Origin: Mobula hypostoma
Lineage: Eukaryota
Reading direction: 5' to 3'
Length of the DNA: 64,000 nt
Assembly: GCF_963921235.1 (NCBI RefSeq)
Contig: NC_086097.1
Location: 158,102,001-158,166,000 of the forward strand
Made by a program: the position numbers and the translations under genes. A model generated the notes under the pieces. It did no database searches. It was not told the DNA's origin and saw only the letters and a program-made list of their open reading frames with translations. Of this stretch, positions 12,511 through 25,089 are shown one piece after another. The first letter of the stretch is position 1. Each line of letters starts with the position of its first letter.

Positions 12511-13635
12511 GATAAGTACTTGATGAAAATGATTAAAATCATAAGTAAAATAGCAGGTTTTCCCATTAAAAATAAGCAATGTTACAAATATAAATGAAAT
12601 ATGCATAATTTAAAATAGAAATATATTAGTTTTATTTAATATATTTATTTTCAGGAATGCTGGCAAGGAGACCCATTGTTGCCATTGAAAAGGTGGTGCT
12701 AAACTACCTCATTACAACTGACTGTTAAATCCTTCTGGTGAAGGTGCCTGACAATACCATTGGAGAGGGAGTTTGTGTCTAAATCAGACCATGGTGCTGT
12801 TACATGGATTGTATCATTTCTGAGGACTTACAATTTTAATTGAACATTGGGTGACCATCTGTGAATATCCCCAGTTATGATGGAAGGAAGTTCAGTAATG
12901 AAGCAGTTGAAAATGTCTAGTTCACCATTGTAAGGATCTCCTATGGCAGTGATATTCTGTGGCTGGAATAGATGACCTCCAACAATCGAGGAGCTAACTA
13001 ACCTATTTCTTTGTCAAAGATTTTTGGCTCATCCTTTCCTGAGTTTATGCTCTATTTAAGCCTCTTCCCATTTTCACCATATATCAATGTAACCCTCTTC
13101 TCCCTTATATGCTTGACAAACTTCCCCTTAAATGTACACACATTATTCACTTCAAGCAACATCCTCCAGCAGTTCTACATTCACACCTCCCTTTAGGTTA
13201 AGAACTTTCTCCTGAATTCTTTCTTGGATTTTTATAAGAAACTAACCATTATTGTTGGTTTTTAACTTTTATTCTCCCTACATTGGAGATAATCTTTACT
13301 TCTGTTCTATACCCTTTAATATTTTCTTCCATTTTAGACCTTCTGATTCTGGTAAAATTTATCTGGATGCTCTTCAGTGCTACTGTATATTTTATTTTAA
13401 AAATATTTAACAATCAAACCGTACATTTTGTTCTAAGTAATCTAATCAAGGGTTGTCAGAAAATTTACCATAATCTTCTGATTTCTCTATCCTGGACATC
13501 TAGAATAAACACCAGTAGTCTGCAGTATTTGTGACCATGATAACTTTTGGTGTAACTTTTAGTGATAGATATACTTTTACTCTGAGATCCCTTTGTTTTT
13601 CTATTCTACCTCCCTATTGCACCCCTGACGTAGTT

Positions 13636-13906
13636 ATCTATCTATCTATTTATTTATTGAGATACAACACAGAATATGCCCTTCCAATCTTCGAGACCCT
13701 AATCACAGGATAACTTACAATAACCAATTAACCTACATCCTGTATGTCTTTGGACTGTGGGAGGAAACCAGAGCACCTAGAGGAAACCAACATGGTCACA
13801 GCTAGAACGTACAAACTCCTTACAGGTACAGGCAGAGGTGGGTATTGAACCCCTGTTGTCTATACTGTAAAGCTTTGTGCTAACTACTACGCTACTGTAC
13901 CACCCT
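13636..13906 (-). mobile_element. HE1/V-SINE-like tRNA-derived SINE
   Basis: V-domain-like GGTTTCCTC..GGTGCTCTGGTTTCCTCCCACAG on the minus strand, tRNA-like head, CR1-type tail. A more degenerate copy lies at about 13935-14260. Confidence 0.8.
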
Positions 13907-14369
13907 AAATATACTTTGCATTGAAAATCACAGTCAGTGAATCATACAGCATGGAACAGACCTTTCAGCCCATCAAGTTCATGCAAATTGTCCAGAACCC
14001 ATTTATCCTAATCTGATCCTAAATCCATTTTATTTTCTCACATTTCCATCAATTCCCTCAGATTCTGCTACTCATCTGAACTCCAGATCTGTAGTATGTG
14101 GAAAATCCATGTGTTTTTTTGCACTACATTTTGGGCTGAAGGGCCTGTTCCTGTTACATTTACAATGGTCACAGATAGCACCACCAGAGGTCAGGATCGA
14201 TTTTGCTTTGTCAGGCCTGTGAGGTAGCAGCTCCGGCAGCTGTCCACGGGATTATTTACACCTTTGTTGAACTTCATTTGCAATTTATAAACTCACACAA
14301 AACAAATACCAACATGCCATAAAGTTACAATCAAAGAAACAGGAATATGAACAGAAATCACCTAGCATA

Positions 14370-14590
14370 CAACACACACAGAATGCTGGAGGAACTCAGC
14401 AGGCGAGGCAGCATCTATGGAAAAGAATACAGTTGATGTTTCAGGCCGAGACCCTTTGGCATGACGAGGGGCCTCAGCCCAAAACATTGACTGTATTGTC
14501 TGTCATAGATGCTGCCTGGCCTGTTGAGTTCCTCCAGCATTTTGTGTGTGTTGCTTAGATTTCCAGCATCTGCAGATTTTCTCTTGTTTA
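14370..14590. repeat. Fold-back (inverted-repeat) Penelope-derived element
   Basis: Arms at about 14370-14460 and 14462-14553 are reverse complements (CAACACACACAGAATGCTGGAGGAACTCA / TGAGTTCCTCCAGCATTTTGTGTGTGTTG); a degenerate hammerhead sits in each arm. Confidence 0.8.
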
Positions 14591-15659
14591 TCTGGCATCA
14601 GTCAAATTCTAGGATACATTTACTTACACAGTACCTTCTTGAGATAAGAAAATGTTAAACTGTCAATAAAAGACATACTTATATGGTGGTATAGCCACAG
14701 AGAAAAAAAACTTTGAATCAGTCGTGAACAGTCACGTGATATTTGCAAGCCTAATTGTATATGCAATAGTTACATAGAAAATAGGGACTCAAAGAAATTG
14801 TGCACATAGAAGGATCTCAGCAGCCAGCTGGGATATAAGGTTTAAATCACTCATCAGACTTGAAGTGCTTGTTGCTTTAGAACTTGCATTCTGTGGGACA
14901 GGTTCCTACTTAATCTTTGCACTGGTAGTCAAATAGTAATCATCTCTATGAGAAAAAGTTAGTCATTTATGCCTTAGGCAGATCAATCACCTCCACAATA
15001 TAGTTGGCTACTGAGATTTTTTACCATGAAGCGATTTTAAAATGCTGGAAAGCATTGTACACTGATCATCCCATACTGGTCACCTCTGGTTATGTTTTAT
15101 CTCAGAAGTGGAAATATTCTTTGAAATATAGTCTATCAAACTTTGCATTAAAACCTTCCATTGGGTCAATGTTGTGCATCCTTTCCTCAAGTAAGGTCAA
15201 ATCCAACCTTTCAGGGAAGACTGTCCACTGAAGGTAAGTTGATCGGCAGGAGAGACAGATGGTTGAAGAATTCTTGGTGAAACATGCAGCTCCCAGTCAA
15301 ATTGCGTGGATATGGACAGATAAAAAGAAGTAAAATGAAGGATGAGTAATAGAGTGAGCAAACTACAGGCTCATTCCAAACAGCAATATATTTCAAACTC
15401 CTTTGAAGAGCATAGTAGAGTAAATTTATGGGATTGACTGCAGCTCTTGGTCATTTTGAAGATACCATAACTTAGGAATGTAACAGTGGGTGAATCTTTC
15501 TGATCTGGGCCTGCTGACTGGAATCACTGCCTGCAGTCCCAGACCATTCATCCACATGTCCTGAGCTGGATCTGGAGGATTTACCTTACTGACTAACCCT
15601 GTTGAGAGTTGGACATCATGATATGATGAATCCCCAACAACTTTAGGCCAGCTAATCTC

Positions 15660-16450
15660 AGAGTTCAAAACTTCAAAGTTTAAAGTAAATTTATTATCAA
15701 AGTACATACAGTATATGTCACCACATACAACCCTGGGATTCATTTTCTTGCAAACATATGCAATAAATGCAATACTGTAACAATAATAGAAACGATGAAA
15801 GACCACAGCAACAGGGCTGACAACCAGTGTGCAAAAGACAACAAGCTGCAAATACAAAAAGAAAGAAAAAAAAAAGCAATAACTATCAAGAACATGAAAC
15901 GAACAGTCCTTGGAAGTGAGTCCATAGGTTATGGGAACAGTTCAGTGATGGGGCAAGTGAAGCTGGGTGAAGTTAACCCCTCTGGTTCAAGAGGGGTAAT
16001 AACTGTTACAGAACCTGGTGGTGTGAGTCCTGCCTGAGGGTCCTCCACTTCTTTCCTCATGGAAACAGTGAGAAGAGAGCTTGACCTGGGTGGTGTGGGT
16101 CTCTGATAATGGATGCTGATTTCAGAGCTGCAGCGCTCTGTATAGACGTGCTCAATGGTTGGGTGGGCTTTACCTGTGATGGACTGGGTAGTATCCATTA
16201 CTTCTTGTTGGATTTTCCATTCAAGAGGATTGGAGCTTCCATACCAAGCTATGATGTAGACAGTCAATATACTCTCTGCCACACATCTATAGAAGTTTGT
16301 CATGCCAAATCTTTGCAAACTCCTAAAGAAGTAGAGGCACTGCCGTGCTTTCTTCATAATTGCACTTATGTGCTGGACAGAGGACAGGTCTTCTGAAATG
16401 ATAACACTGAGCTATTTAAAGTTGCAGTCCCTCTCCAACTCTGATCAGCA
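15660..16450 (-). mobile_element. Rex1/Babar LINE 3' fragment
   Basis: KARQCLYFFRSLQRFGM..NFYRCVAESILT..AWYG; 3' tail TTTGAACT repeats. Confidence 0.85.
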
Positions 16451-17659
16451 ACTTTCCCTCGATGTGCCCCTTGCAATTTATTTGTCCACCGTACAATGTA
16501 GTTTCTATGTAAACTGCAACACTTAATTCTGTATTCTGTATTCTTTTTACTATCTTGATATAATTATGTTTGGCATGATCTTTCTGGATGGCATTCAAAA
16601 CTACAGATTTTCACAGACTCTCAGTACATATGACAATAATAAACCAATGACAATATGTCAGTAGTAAAATTAAGCCTCAGTAGCTAAAGAATTGACACTC
16701 CACTAACTTCTGACTGGATTCATAGCAGAGGTGTACCTTAGCCTGACATTTAAATACACAAATCAATAAAGAAAATATGAAATTAGTTTTTGTTCTGGAT
16801 CAAGAATCCTCCTTCAAATGAATGTTATGTCCACCGCTGAGGTCCTGGCATGGATTAAAACAGCAATTTCTCTTGCAAAATGTGAGATACCAGCAAGAAC
16901 AGCCTCTACTGCTGGTTTCCATGTAGAAATCAGGAATAGTGCGGAGTAGCTCCATAATTCCCGACCTATCAGCAGGCTGCAGGTGAACATGGAAAATGCT
17001 TAAGCAGTTTAAGGATGTGAATCATCCCAAATAACCAGGTGATTCAGAGATATATAATAAATGTTGTTGTCTATTGTTTAAGAACAAATAAAATGGTTAC
17101 AAATGTCTGTGGTTGAGCTGGAAATGAACTCTAAAGAATGTTAAGCTTGAAAATGTTTTCTGAGCTCATTCTAGCCAAGAAGCTTGTACTTGAAGGCCAT
17201 GGGAATTTCAGTAGTTGGAGGTGACTTAGAAAAACAAGGCAGTTTAAAATTTCTTAAGCTAATGCAGATGACATTAATCCTCAATAATAATCACCATTAA
17301 TACTGTATGATCACCACCAGGTAAAAAAAAAATCTTCAAGCATGATTATTATTGTCCTGAAGACATTTCTAAAAATTAGGAATGACAAAAAATCTGCTAT
17401 AGAAGCTCAGGTTGTTGTCAGCGGGTTTATCAACATCTGTAGAGGAAAGGTTTTTAGTTAAAATCCAACATCAGGATTCAGAGTGGAGAGACAGAGTGAT
17501 GAAATAGGAGACAATAGGTGATTGGTGGACTGAGGATGGGTGAAGGATGACAGGCAGGTGGAATGGGGTTGTTGTGAGACAGAGAAAGTGGATGATAGTT
17601 GGTTGGAAGTAAACAAAAATCATTGACTGGCCCACAGGTGGTTCTCCACCAATTGCTCC

Positions 17660-18370
17660 ACGCTCTATTCAGAAGTTTGCACAAATTTGACATCTCACTT
17701 AAAACTTTGACAAACTTCTATAGATGCACAGTGGACAGGATCCTGACCAGCTGCATCACAGCCTGGTATGGAAACACTAATGCCCACAAAAAGTGATGAA
17801 TACAGCACAATCCATCACAGGAACGTTGGACGTAATGTAACGTCCATCACAGGAAAAGCCCCTCTTCACTGAGTACATCTACAAGGAGTACTACACAGGA
17901 AAGTAGCATCCATCATCACGGACTCACACCATCCAGGTCAAACTTTCTTCTCACTGCTGGCATAGGGAAGGAGGTACTGGAACCTTTAGTCCCATACCAT
18001 CAAGTTCAGGAACAGTTATTATCCTTCAACCATCAGGTCCCTGAACCTTCACTTACCTCAACACTGAACTGATTCCACAACCTATTGACTTACTTTCTGG
18101 GACTGTACAATTCGTTTCCTCAGTATCATTTGTTTATTCATTCATATGATATATGAATGTACACATTTATGTGTATATGTGTGCATGTATTTTGTATTTG
18201 TACATTTTGTCTTGTTTTGCACACTGATTGCTTGTCAGTCTTTGGATGTAGTTTTTGATTGATTCTATTCTATTTTAGTTCTACTGTGAATACCTGCAAG
18301 AAAATGAATCCCAGTGTAGTACATGCTGAAATATTCATACATAGATAATAATTTTACTTTGAACTTTAAG
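17660..18370 (+). mobile_element. Rex1/Babar LINE 3' fragment
   Basis: KTLTNFYRCTVDRILTSCITAWYGN; tail ACTTTGAACTTT. Confidence 0.85.
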
Positions 18371-18662
18371 TTTTCCAGCTGATTATTTGTTGCTCCAGAC
18401 TCCAGCAACTATGGCCTCCATTTTGAGAAATTAGTCAGATTTTTCTCAAAATATATTTCTTATTAGTTTACCTCAACCTATCCCACACTTGGAAATTAAA
18501 TTGCAAGTACTCAGTTTGAAGAACCTTTATACCATATTTGGTGTAGTGTGTAGAGTTTTGGCCCCTGACATGAGAAAGGAAATACTGAAATTAGAGATAA
18601 TTTTAAAGATCATGAGGTGAATTCTTGAGATGAGAATGGTTATCCTTGTACCAGAGACTTAA

Positions 18663-21600
18663 TCATCGTCGACTTGACTCAGGCCTGGGGGGCCGGCGTC
18701 AGGTACGATGATGGACTCTCCACTTCTTCCTCTCCCTCATCAGTGTGTTCAGTTCATCTACATTAGCTGTGCCGCTGTCTTCTAGGAGCATGTTGACCAT
18801 AGTCTTGGGAAGGCGCCCAGGGTTCATGCTCCCATGCTTGGGCTCCCATATGATCACCTGGCTGGCAGGTAGCTCGGGGTGGCGTTTACAGTGCCCCGCT
18901 AGTTGCAGACTTCTTGCCTCGATTTTAGTGGTGAGCATCGGTAGGTTGTCATAGAGCTCGACGTTCGTCATGTGCTGTTGCCAACTCACATCAAGAGCCA
19001 TCCAGAGCATTCGTGTATAGCAACCATCTAGAGACTTTCGCATAGCCTTGGTGAGTGTCCACATCTCGCATCCATACGTGAGAATGGACTCTATGACTGC
19101 TATGAAGATCCCCTTTTTAAGCCCTCTGGTCAGGTTCAACTTCCAGATTTCCTTCATGTCATTCATAGCCCTCTCCGCCAGCGCCTTCCATATCTTTATG
19201 TCCTTCTCCAAACTCATCATTCTTGATCCAAGGTACTTGAAGTCAAAGACTTTCTTAATGGTAACATTCTTTATGGCCTTGAGAATATCTTTGTCACAGT
19301 TAAACGCCATGTACTCTGTCTTTTTAGCGTTTAGGTGAAGTCCAACTTTATTGCACTCAACTTCCACTTTTGTCAGCAGCTTCTCTGCTTCCTCCATCTG
19401 GTCAGAGAGCGGGACTATGTCATCTGCAAAATCGAGATCTGTGAGCATAACTGGTCTGACCCTTTTGGTTCGTCCTGGTTTTATGGTAAAATCAAGCTTG
19501 TCATGATCTTTGGGAGCTTGTCGCAGAGCGTAATCAAGGACGATTATAAAGATGTAGGATGCCAGAGTGTCTCCTTGCAGCACACCAGCTAGGAGCTCAA
19601 ACACTGCTGTTTCTCTGTCTGGTGATACAACTTTTGCCATGGTTTTGATATAGCTGGACTCTATTGCTCTCAGTAGACGGTCTGGCACTCCGTAAGCTTT
19701 CAGGATCTTCAGCATTTTACCTCGGTGAATGGAGTCAAAAGCTTTGCGAAAATCGATGAAAATAAGCACAGCTGGTAGGTTGTTCTTCTTGACTTCCTCG
19801 ATGATTCCACAGAGAGCAAGTATTTGCATTACTGTCTGCGCTTCTGCCGAAAACTATTCGGATTGAATCTTAGCTTAGAGACAATGGCGGTGCAAATCCC
19901 ATTCAAGATCATCCGACTGTATAGCTTTGCTAAGATGCAGGTCAAGCTGATACTGCAGAAGTTATCTGTCTTCGTGAGGGATCCAGACTTGGGGACTGGG
20001 ATAGTGTTTGAGAGTGACCACTGTTCTTGTTTGCCACCTTTCATCAGTGCCATATTACATATTTCCAGCAAGATGTCATCCAGGTCGCAGTTCTTCAGGA
20101 CATCTGGTGGTATCCCAGCTGGTCCAGCGCTCCTGCTCTGTTTGAGTGCATATCTGGCCTTCTTCAGTTCCTTAATCGTGAATGGGTCGTCATCAATGTT
20201 GACTTGCGTTAGTATCGTGGGTATGTCTTCTTCTTTCGTGATCATTGGAGGGCTTCCCAGTAGGTTCTTAAAGTGGGTAAACCATGTCTGGACACAGTCC
20301 TCTGCTGTTTTACCACCTATTTGACCTGATGGGGACTTCTTCCGTCTGCTGATCTCGTTGACTAGGCACCATGCTTCTCCATGTTGCATGTCTTCATTAG
20401 CAGCTTCTACCTCTCTAATCCTCTCAGCTAATTCTTCTTTCTTCAGTCGGTCTTAGGTGGCAAAGAGATTCTTCTTTGCAGTCTTGAACTTGTCTCTTAG
20501 CTCTTCTGTTTTACTCCTTCTAAGTTCGACATGACAAGCATTGACCACACTTCTTGCTGCAAAGAGGTCAGGATGTTTCGAGATCCGGCTCTTCTTGATT
20601 CGCTTCACAGTAGGCAAACTCTTTGTCGCATCTGTGTGTGCGCCTATGAGCCATTGACAGTGGTCGGTGGCAGTCTCTTCCTCCCCCCTTTCCAGTGGGC
20701 CGAAGTGATTTCTCACCTCCACTGTGTACTGGCTTAAAGAATAGGTTGTGAGGAGAATACCTTCCAGTCTACCTTCTCCTTGGGACCTGTGGCTTTGGGT
20801 TGCCACAGGCTCAGTCTCACTTGCATTGACACTACTCTGTGGTCAGAACTGACCGAGCTGAAGGTGCTGTAGGCTTCTGTGTTGATCACATTTTGTTCTT
20901 ATGAGGATGTAGTCCAGCTGTTTCCTGTAGATGGAGGCTCTGTTTTCGTATGTCCACAGTTTACCAGCTTGCTTCTTGAATTGTGTGTTGGCGGCAATGA
21001 GACTGTGTTCCTGGATGAAATCAACTAGATATTGTCCATTTCTGTCGGTAAAGTCTTGGTATGAGTATGGAACATCTTCCAGTCCGACCTGGGCATTAAA
21101 GTCGCAAGCACAGCCAGGAAGTTATGTGCCGGTATTGAAGTGACAGCTTTGTGAAGTTTACTGTAGAAGGGCTCCACCTCCTTCTCCTCACTGCAGTTGT
21201 ACGGGGAGTAACAGATGATGACAGAGGTTGCCGTGTTTCCGTCGAATTCCGCAGTAAGGATTCTGTCACTGATTACGCCCCTCAGTGCCTTCTTCAACTT
21301 GCAGTTCAATATCAGCCCTACTTCTCCTTGTGCTGACATCGTCGTCGGCTGTCTCCATGCGGACGAGGTGATGAGGTACATCCCCTCTACCTCTGTGAAC
21401 CTTATCTATTCGTCAGGGTGTACACAATGGTGTTTTTGGATCCCCAGGATGGAGATCTCGTAGCTGCTTGCCTGTGATGCCAGCTCTGTGCATCGAGGCA
21501 AGAGGCGGATGGTGTTTGCGTTGAAGGTTGAGATGATCATTTTTACCTTACAACGCAAAAGAGGCGCAGTTCACTCAGCCCCCTTGTCGGACTCAACCCT

Positions 21601-21953
21601 CCCCATGGGGTTTGTGGTTGCATCTTCATACTGCTTGTCTAGGCCAGAGTCTGGGCATTCCGCAGAGTTCCTGAGCACTCCCGGCTCTGGAAGTATAGGG
21701 TTTGTTGGGTTGTCTGTCATCATAATGTCTTACGAGGCGCAAAATGAAAGACTGTGTGGCGTGCCACTCCTCACACAGCCAGTAGGTGGCTGTTGACTCA
21801 CAAAGAGTTCATCTGTCCTTTGACAGGTTTTATTTTTAGTTCTGCTGGGTGCTTACACACCCTCCTCCCTGACGCTGACAACCTAACCCGAGACAGGTAG
21901 TGCTGGGCTACATGGTATCAGTAGCAAGGCAAGGCCGTGAGCTGACTGACTGA
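18663..21953 (-). mobile_element. Full-length RTE-clade LINE (single EN-RT ORF, disrupted)
   Basis: EN start IISTFNANT; RT IDFRKAFDSIHR, GVLQGDTLA, DLDFADD, FKYLGS; 3' GACGATGA tail. 11-bp TSD CAGAGACTTAA (18652-18662) / CAGATACTTAA (21954-21964), inside an old CR1 (about 18520-22365). Confidence 0.93.
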
Positions 21954-24900
21954 CAGATACTTAAAAGAAAAGCTCTATATTCTTTGGAGCTTGAAGGAAT
22001 AAAGGCTAACTATTTTTGAAGCACCTAAGATGCTCAGAGGGTATGACAGAGTAGATGTTGAAAAATATTTGTAAATCTTGCATCAGGCAGGTTAATTATG
22101 AAGTAAGGGGATGGCACATGAGAACTCTTGCAAAAACTCAGCAAATTTCTCTCACAGTGTGTTAAGAAGGTGCGATCAATGGGGGTATTCAAAGAGAGAG
22201 TAAACAAATTTTTGAAAGATTGGAGATGCTATGGATACGGGAAATTCACACAGAAAGTAAGAGGCCTAGGATAGATCAGCCATGCTTGTATTGAATGGCG
22301 AGTCAGGCTTGAGGAGTTGAGTGGCCTACTACTGTTTCCATTTTCTTATGTTGTTATGCTCTTTGCCTGTAATCTTGAGTTTAAGAAAGGAAGCAGGTGA
22401 TTTGTATTTCCAATTAGCTGACACAAAAGAGTTCAACTTCCAAAAAACTCTTCACATGATTTAATCAAAACTTGAAACCATAGGATTCTGAAAAATATGT
22501 TTTAGAATAAGCAAAGCTATTTAAAGCAAAATTATCAAAACCAAATAATTAGTTTCAGGAAAAAGAAAGTTGTGTTCAATTACAGAATTAAATGAGAATA
22601 TTTTATGAAAAGAAGTTCTGTTGTTTCAATTGGAGATCATAAAGCAACAGCTCTTCACATAATTAAATCACTCCTCCAATAACAGGAGACATGTTTACTC
22701 TGCAACTACAAAACAAGAATACTTGTATTCACCTGTTTAAATGTAACCTCTAACTATCCTAACAGAAAATACATTAATGTAGTATACTGTACATTATTGT
22801 AAATACTCATTGGGATTGATGGGCCCTTTGGACTAGGTTATGCATCAACATAAACAAATAACAGCAAATATTTTACAGCACTAAGATATTTGTTTGAATA
22901 TCATCAAATTAAATTGAAACTCTTTCCTTGTCTTTAATCTATCCCATGTCTATTATTGCAGACTTATTGAAAAACCGAAGACTATAGATGCAGCCAATCT
23001 GAAACAAAAAACTGAAAATTCTATAAATATTCAGCAGATCAGGCAGCATCTGTGGAGAGAGAAAAACTGAATAAATTGTTTATTAATTTTGCATAGTTGG
23101 TGGTTTTCAGACTGGGGTAAAATAAAACAGGTAAGCTTATGGTAGAATAAAATCGATTACATCACAAAATCACTCCCGAGTCCATGGCCAGATCATCCAT
23201 GAATTTATTAAATGGCAGGGAAAGCTCAACAAACCATATATACTACTCCTGCTCCTATTTCTTACATTTCTTCTATTTGAGGGCATCAGTTAATTGAAGA
23301 AAAAATATACAATCTGTTTTTATTTGCTCTATCTAGAAATAAATCATGGTAGGTTCAGCTCGATCAATTGTGGGTAGAAATGTATGAACAGGTTTCGGTT
23401 TTGATTCAAACTGGCATTTGGCTGTGTACCTACTCAATACCTTCATATCTGTTCTCCTTCACAGTTAGAACTCAAAAACTGTCTTCTCACTTGACACAAT
23501 TGGAAAATTCTTTCATTGCTCCATATCTAATACATGGCAGCACACATAGACAATATATTCCAATCTGCCACCAAAAGCGATGGATTGAATATTCCATGAG
23601 AACTCACCTAAAATGTATTCCTTTTCAGTGCGATTCCATTTTGAAGGTATTTTTAAAAAACTCATGAATCAGTAAATTCCAGGCTTCCTGATGTGAGTTT
23701 TCCAGGGTCTGTGACAACAGCTTGAGGCTTCTTCCAACAGATGCTTCATTTTCCGAGATTCTCTGCATGATACGCCACGCTCCACTTAATATCTCCAGGC
23801 TTCCCCTTGGACTACCAAAGCTTTGCATGACTGGACTATGTCTTTTCATTAGAATATTCACCAATTACAAAATAAAAGTCTTATTTTCTTTAGCACTCAG
23901 TGCCATGATTTCATTTTCAGTGCATCAAAGATTTCATAATTTGATTATCAAGACTCTTCAGAAGAACAATAGCTCAGTTAAACAAATTCCAACAAAACAA
24001 TGTACTGCTGTGTGATGGGCTAGTAGAAGCAGCATTTTGCTAAAGAACCAAGAGTTGCAGCAAAAGATTGCCAGGAAGCCTGCAGCACGTATTTCCAACA
24101 GCAGTTTTGCCAATTGGGTATAAAGATAAATTCTGCATTTCTCTGCTCTCAGGCCAGAAATGTGCATGAAGCAAAAATATTAATATCATTGAGACCACAT
24201 TATGGTAACCCTTCCCATAGACAATCCACTACAGTTTTCTTGTGATATTTTTCCACAAAGGTTGCCTGAAATGGCATATGCATCATGTTGCTGATTGAGT
24301 TGTAATTTACATTAGTTTGGCCTCATTTTTGGCATTCAGGGAACTTGAAGCGAAACGTTTGCCCAAGGTATTGCTGATCTTCTCTTTTTAGTTGTTGATG
24401 TCACAGAAGGATCATGACGTAAGTTTTATAAGTAGGAACCAGCAAAATCTACTTTGCTGGAATATTGATGCTAATAATGATGTTATTTTATGAGGCCATG
24501 GTGCTGCTTAGCATGAGATCTGCTAATTAAGATTGGCAAGATAATAAGTTTTGGTTTGTTTCCTTCAAAACACATCTTTCAGTTGTGATTTTTAAAAAAA
24601 ATATTACTTAGAAATCTGAAAAAGTTTTATGTGATTAAATATCAAGTTATTTCTTCTTCTAGGGACACAAGAGAGTGTGGATGCTGGAATCTGGAGGAAC
24701 AATAGTCTGCTGGAGGAACTCAGTAGTTTGAGTAGTACCCATGTATGGTTTGACCAGAAATGTCTCAAATCCCACCCTCTATTCTGCCCACTTGGTTCCT
24801 TTAGGAAATTGTTCCTCAAGAACTTTATTCATTTGCTTTATTCAAGGATCTCTCAAATTACATATCATGTTGTGGCTCTGTTGGAACCAGAGCAACATAG

Positions 24901-25089
24901 TCAAGGAAGTCAAGTAGAATGTTCCAAATTTCACTTGTCAGTTACAGGTTAGTTAAACCATAGTGTCAAGTCCCACAACATACACCAGAGCATAATTTGA
25001 CACTTCAGTCTGGAGAGAGTTTCCTTTCTGTTGATATTTTAAAATAAGCTCCTATCTATTATTTGATCTAGGAAGGTAGACAAGGTGAA

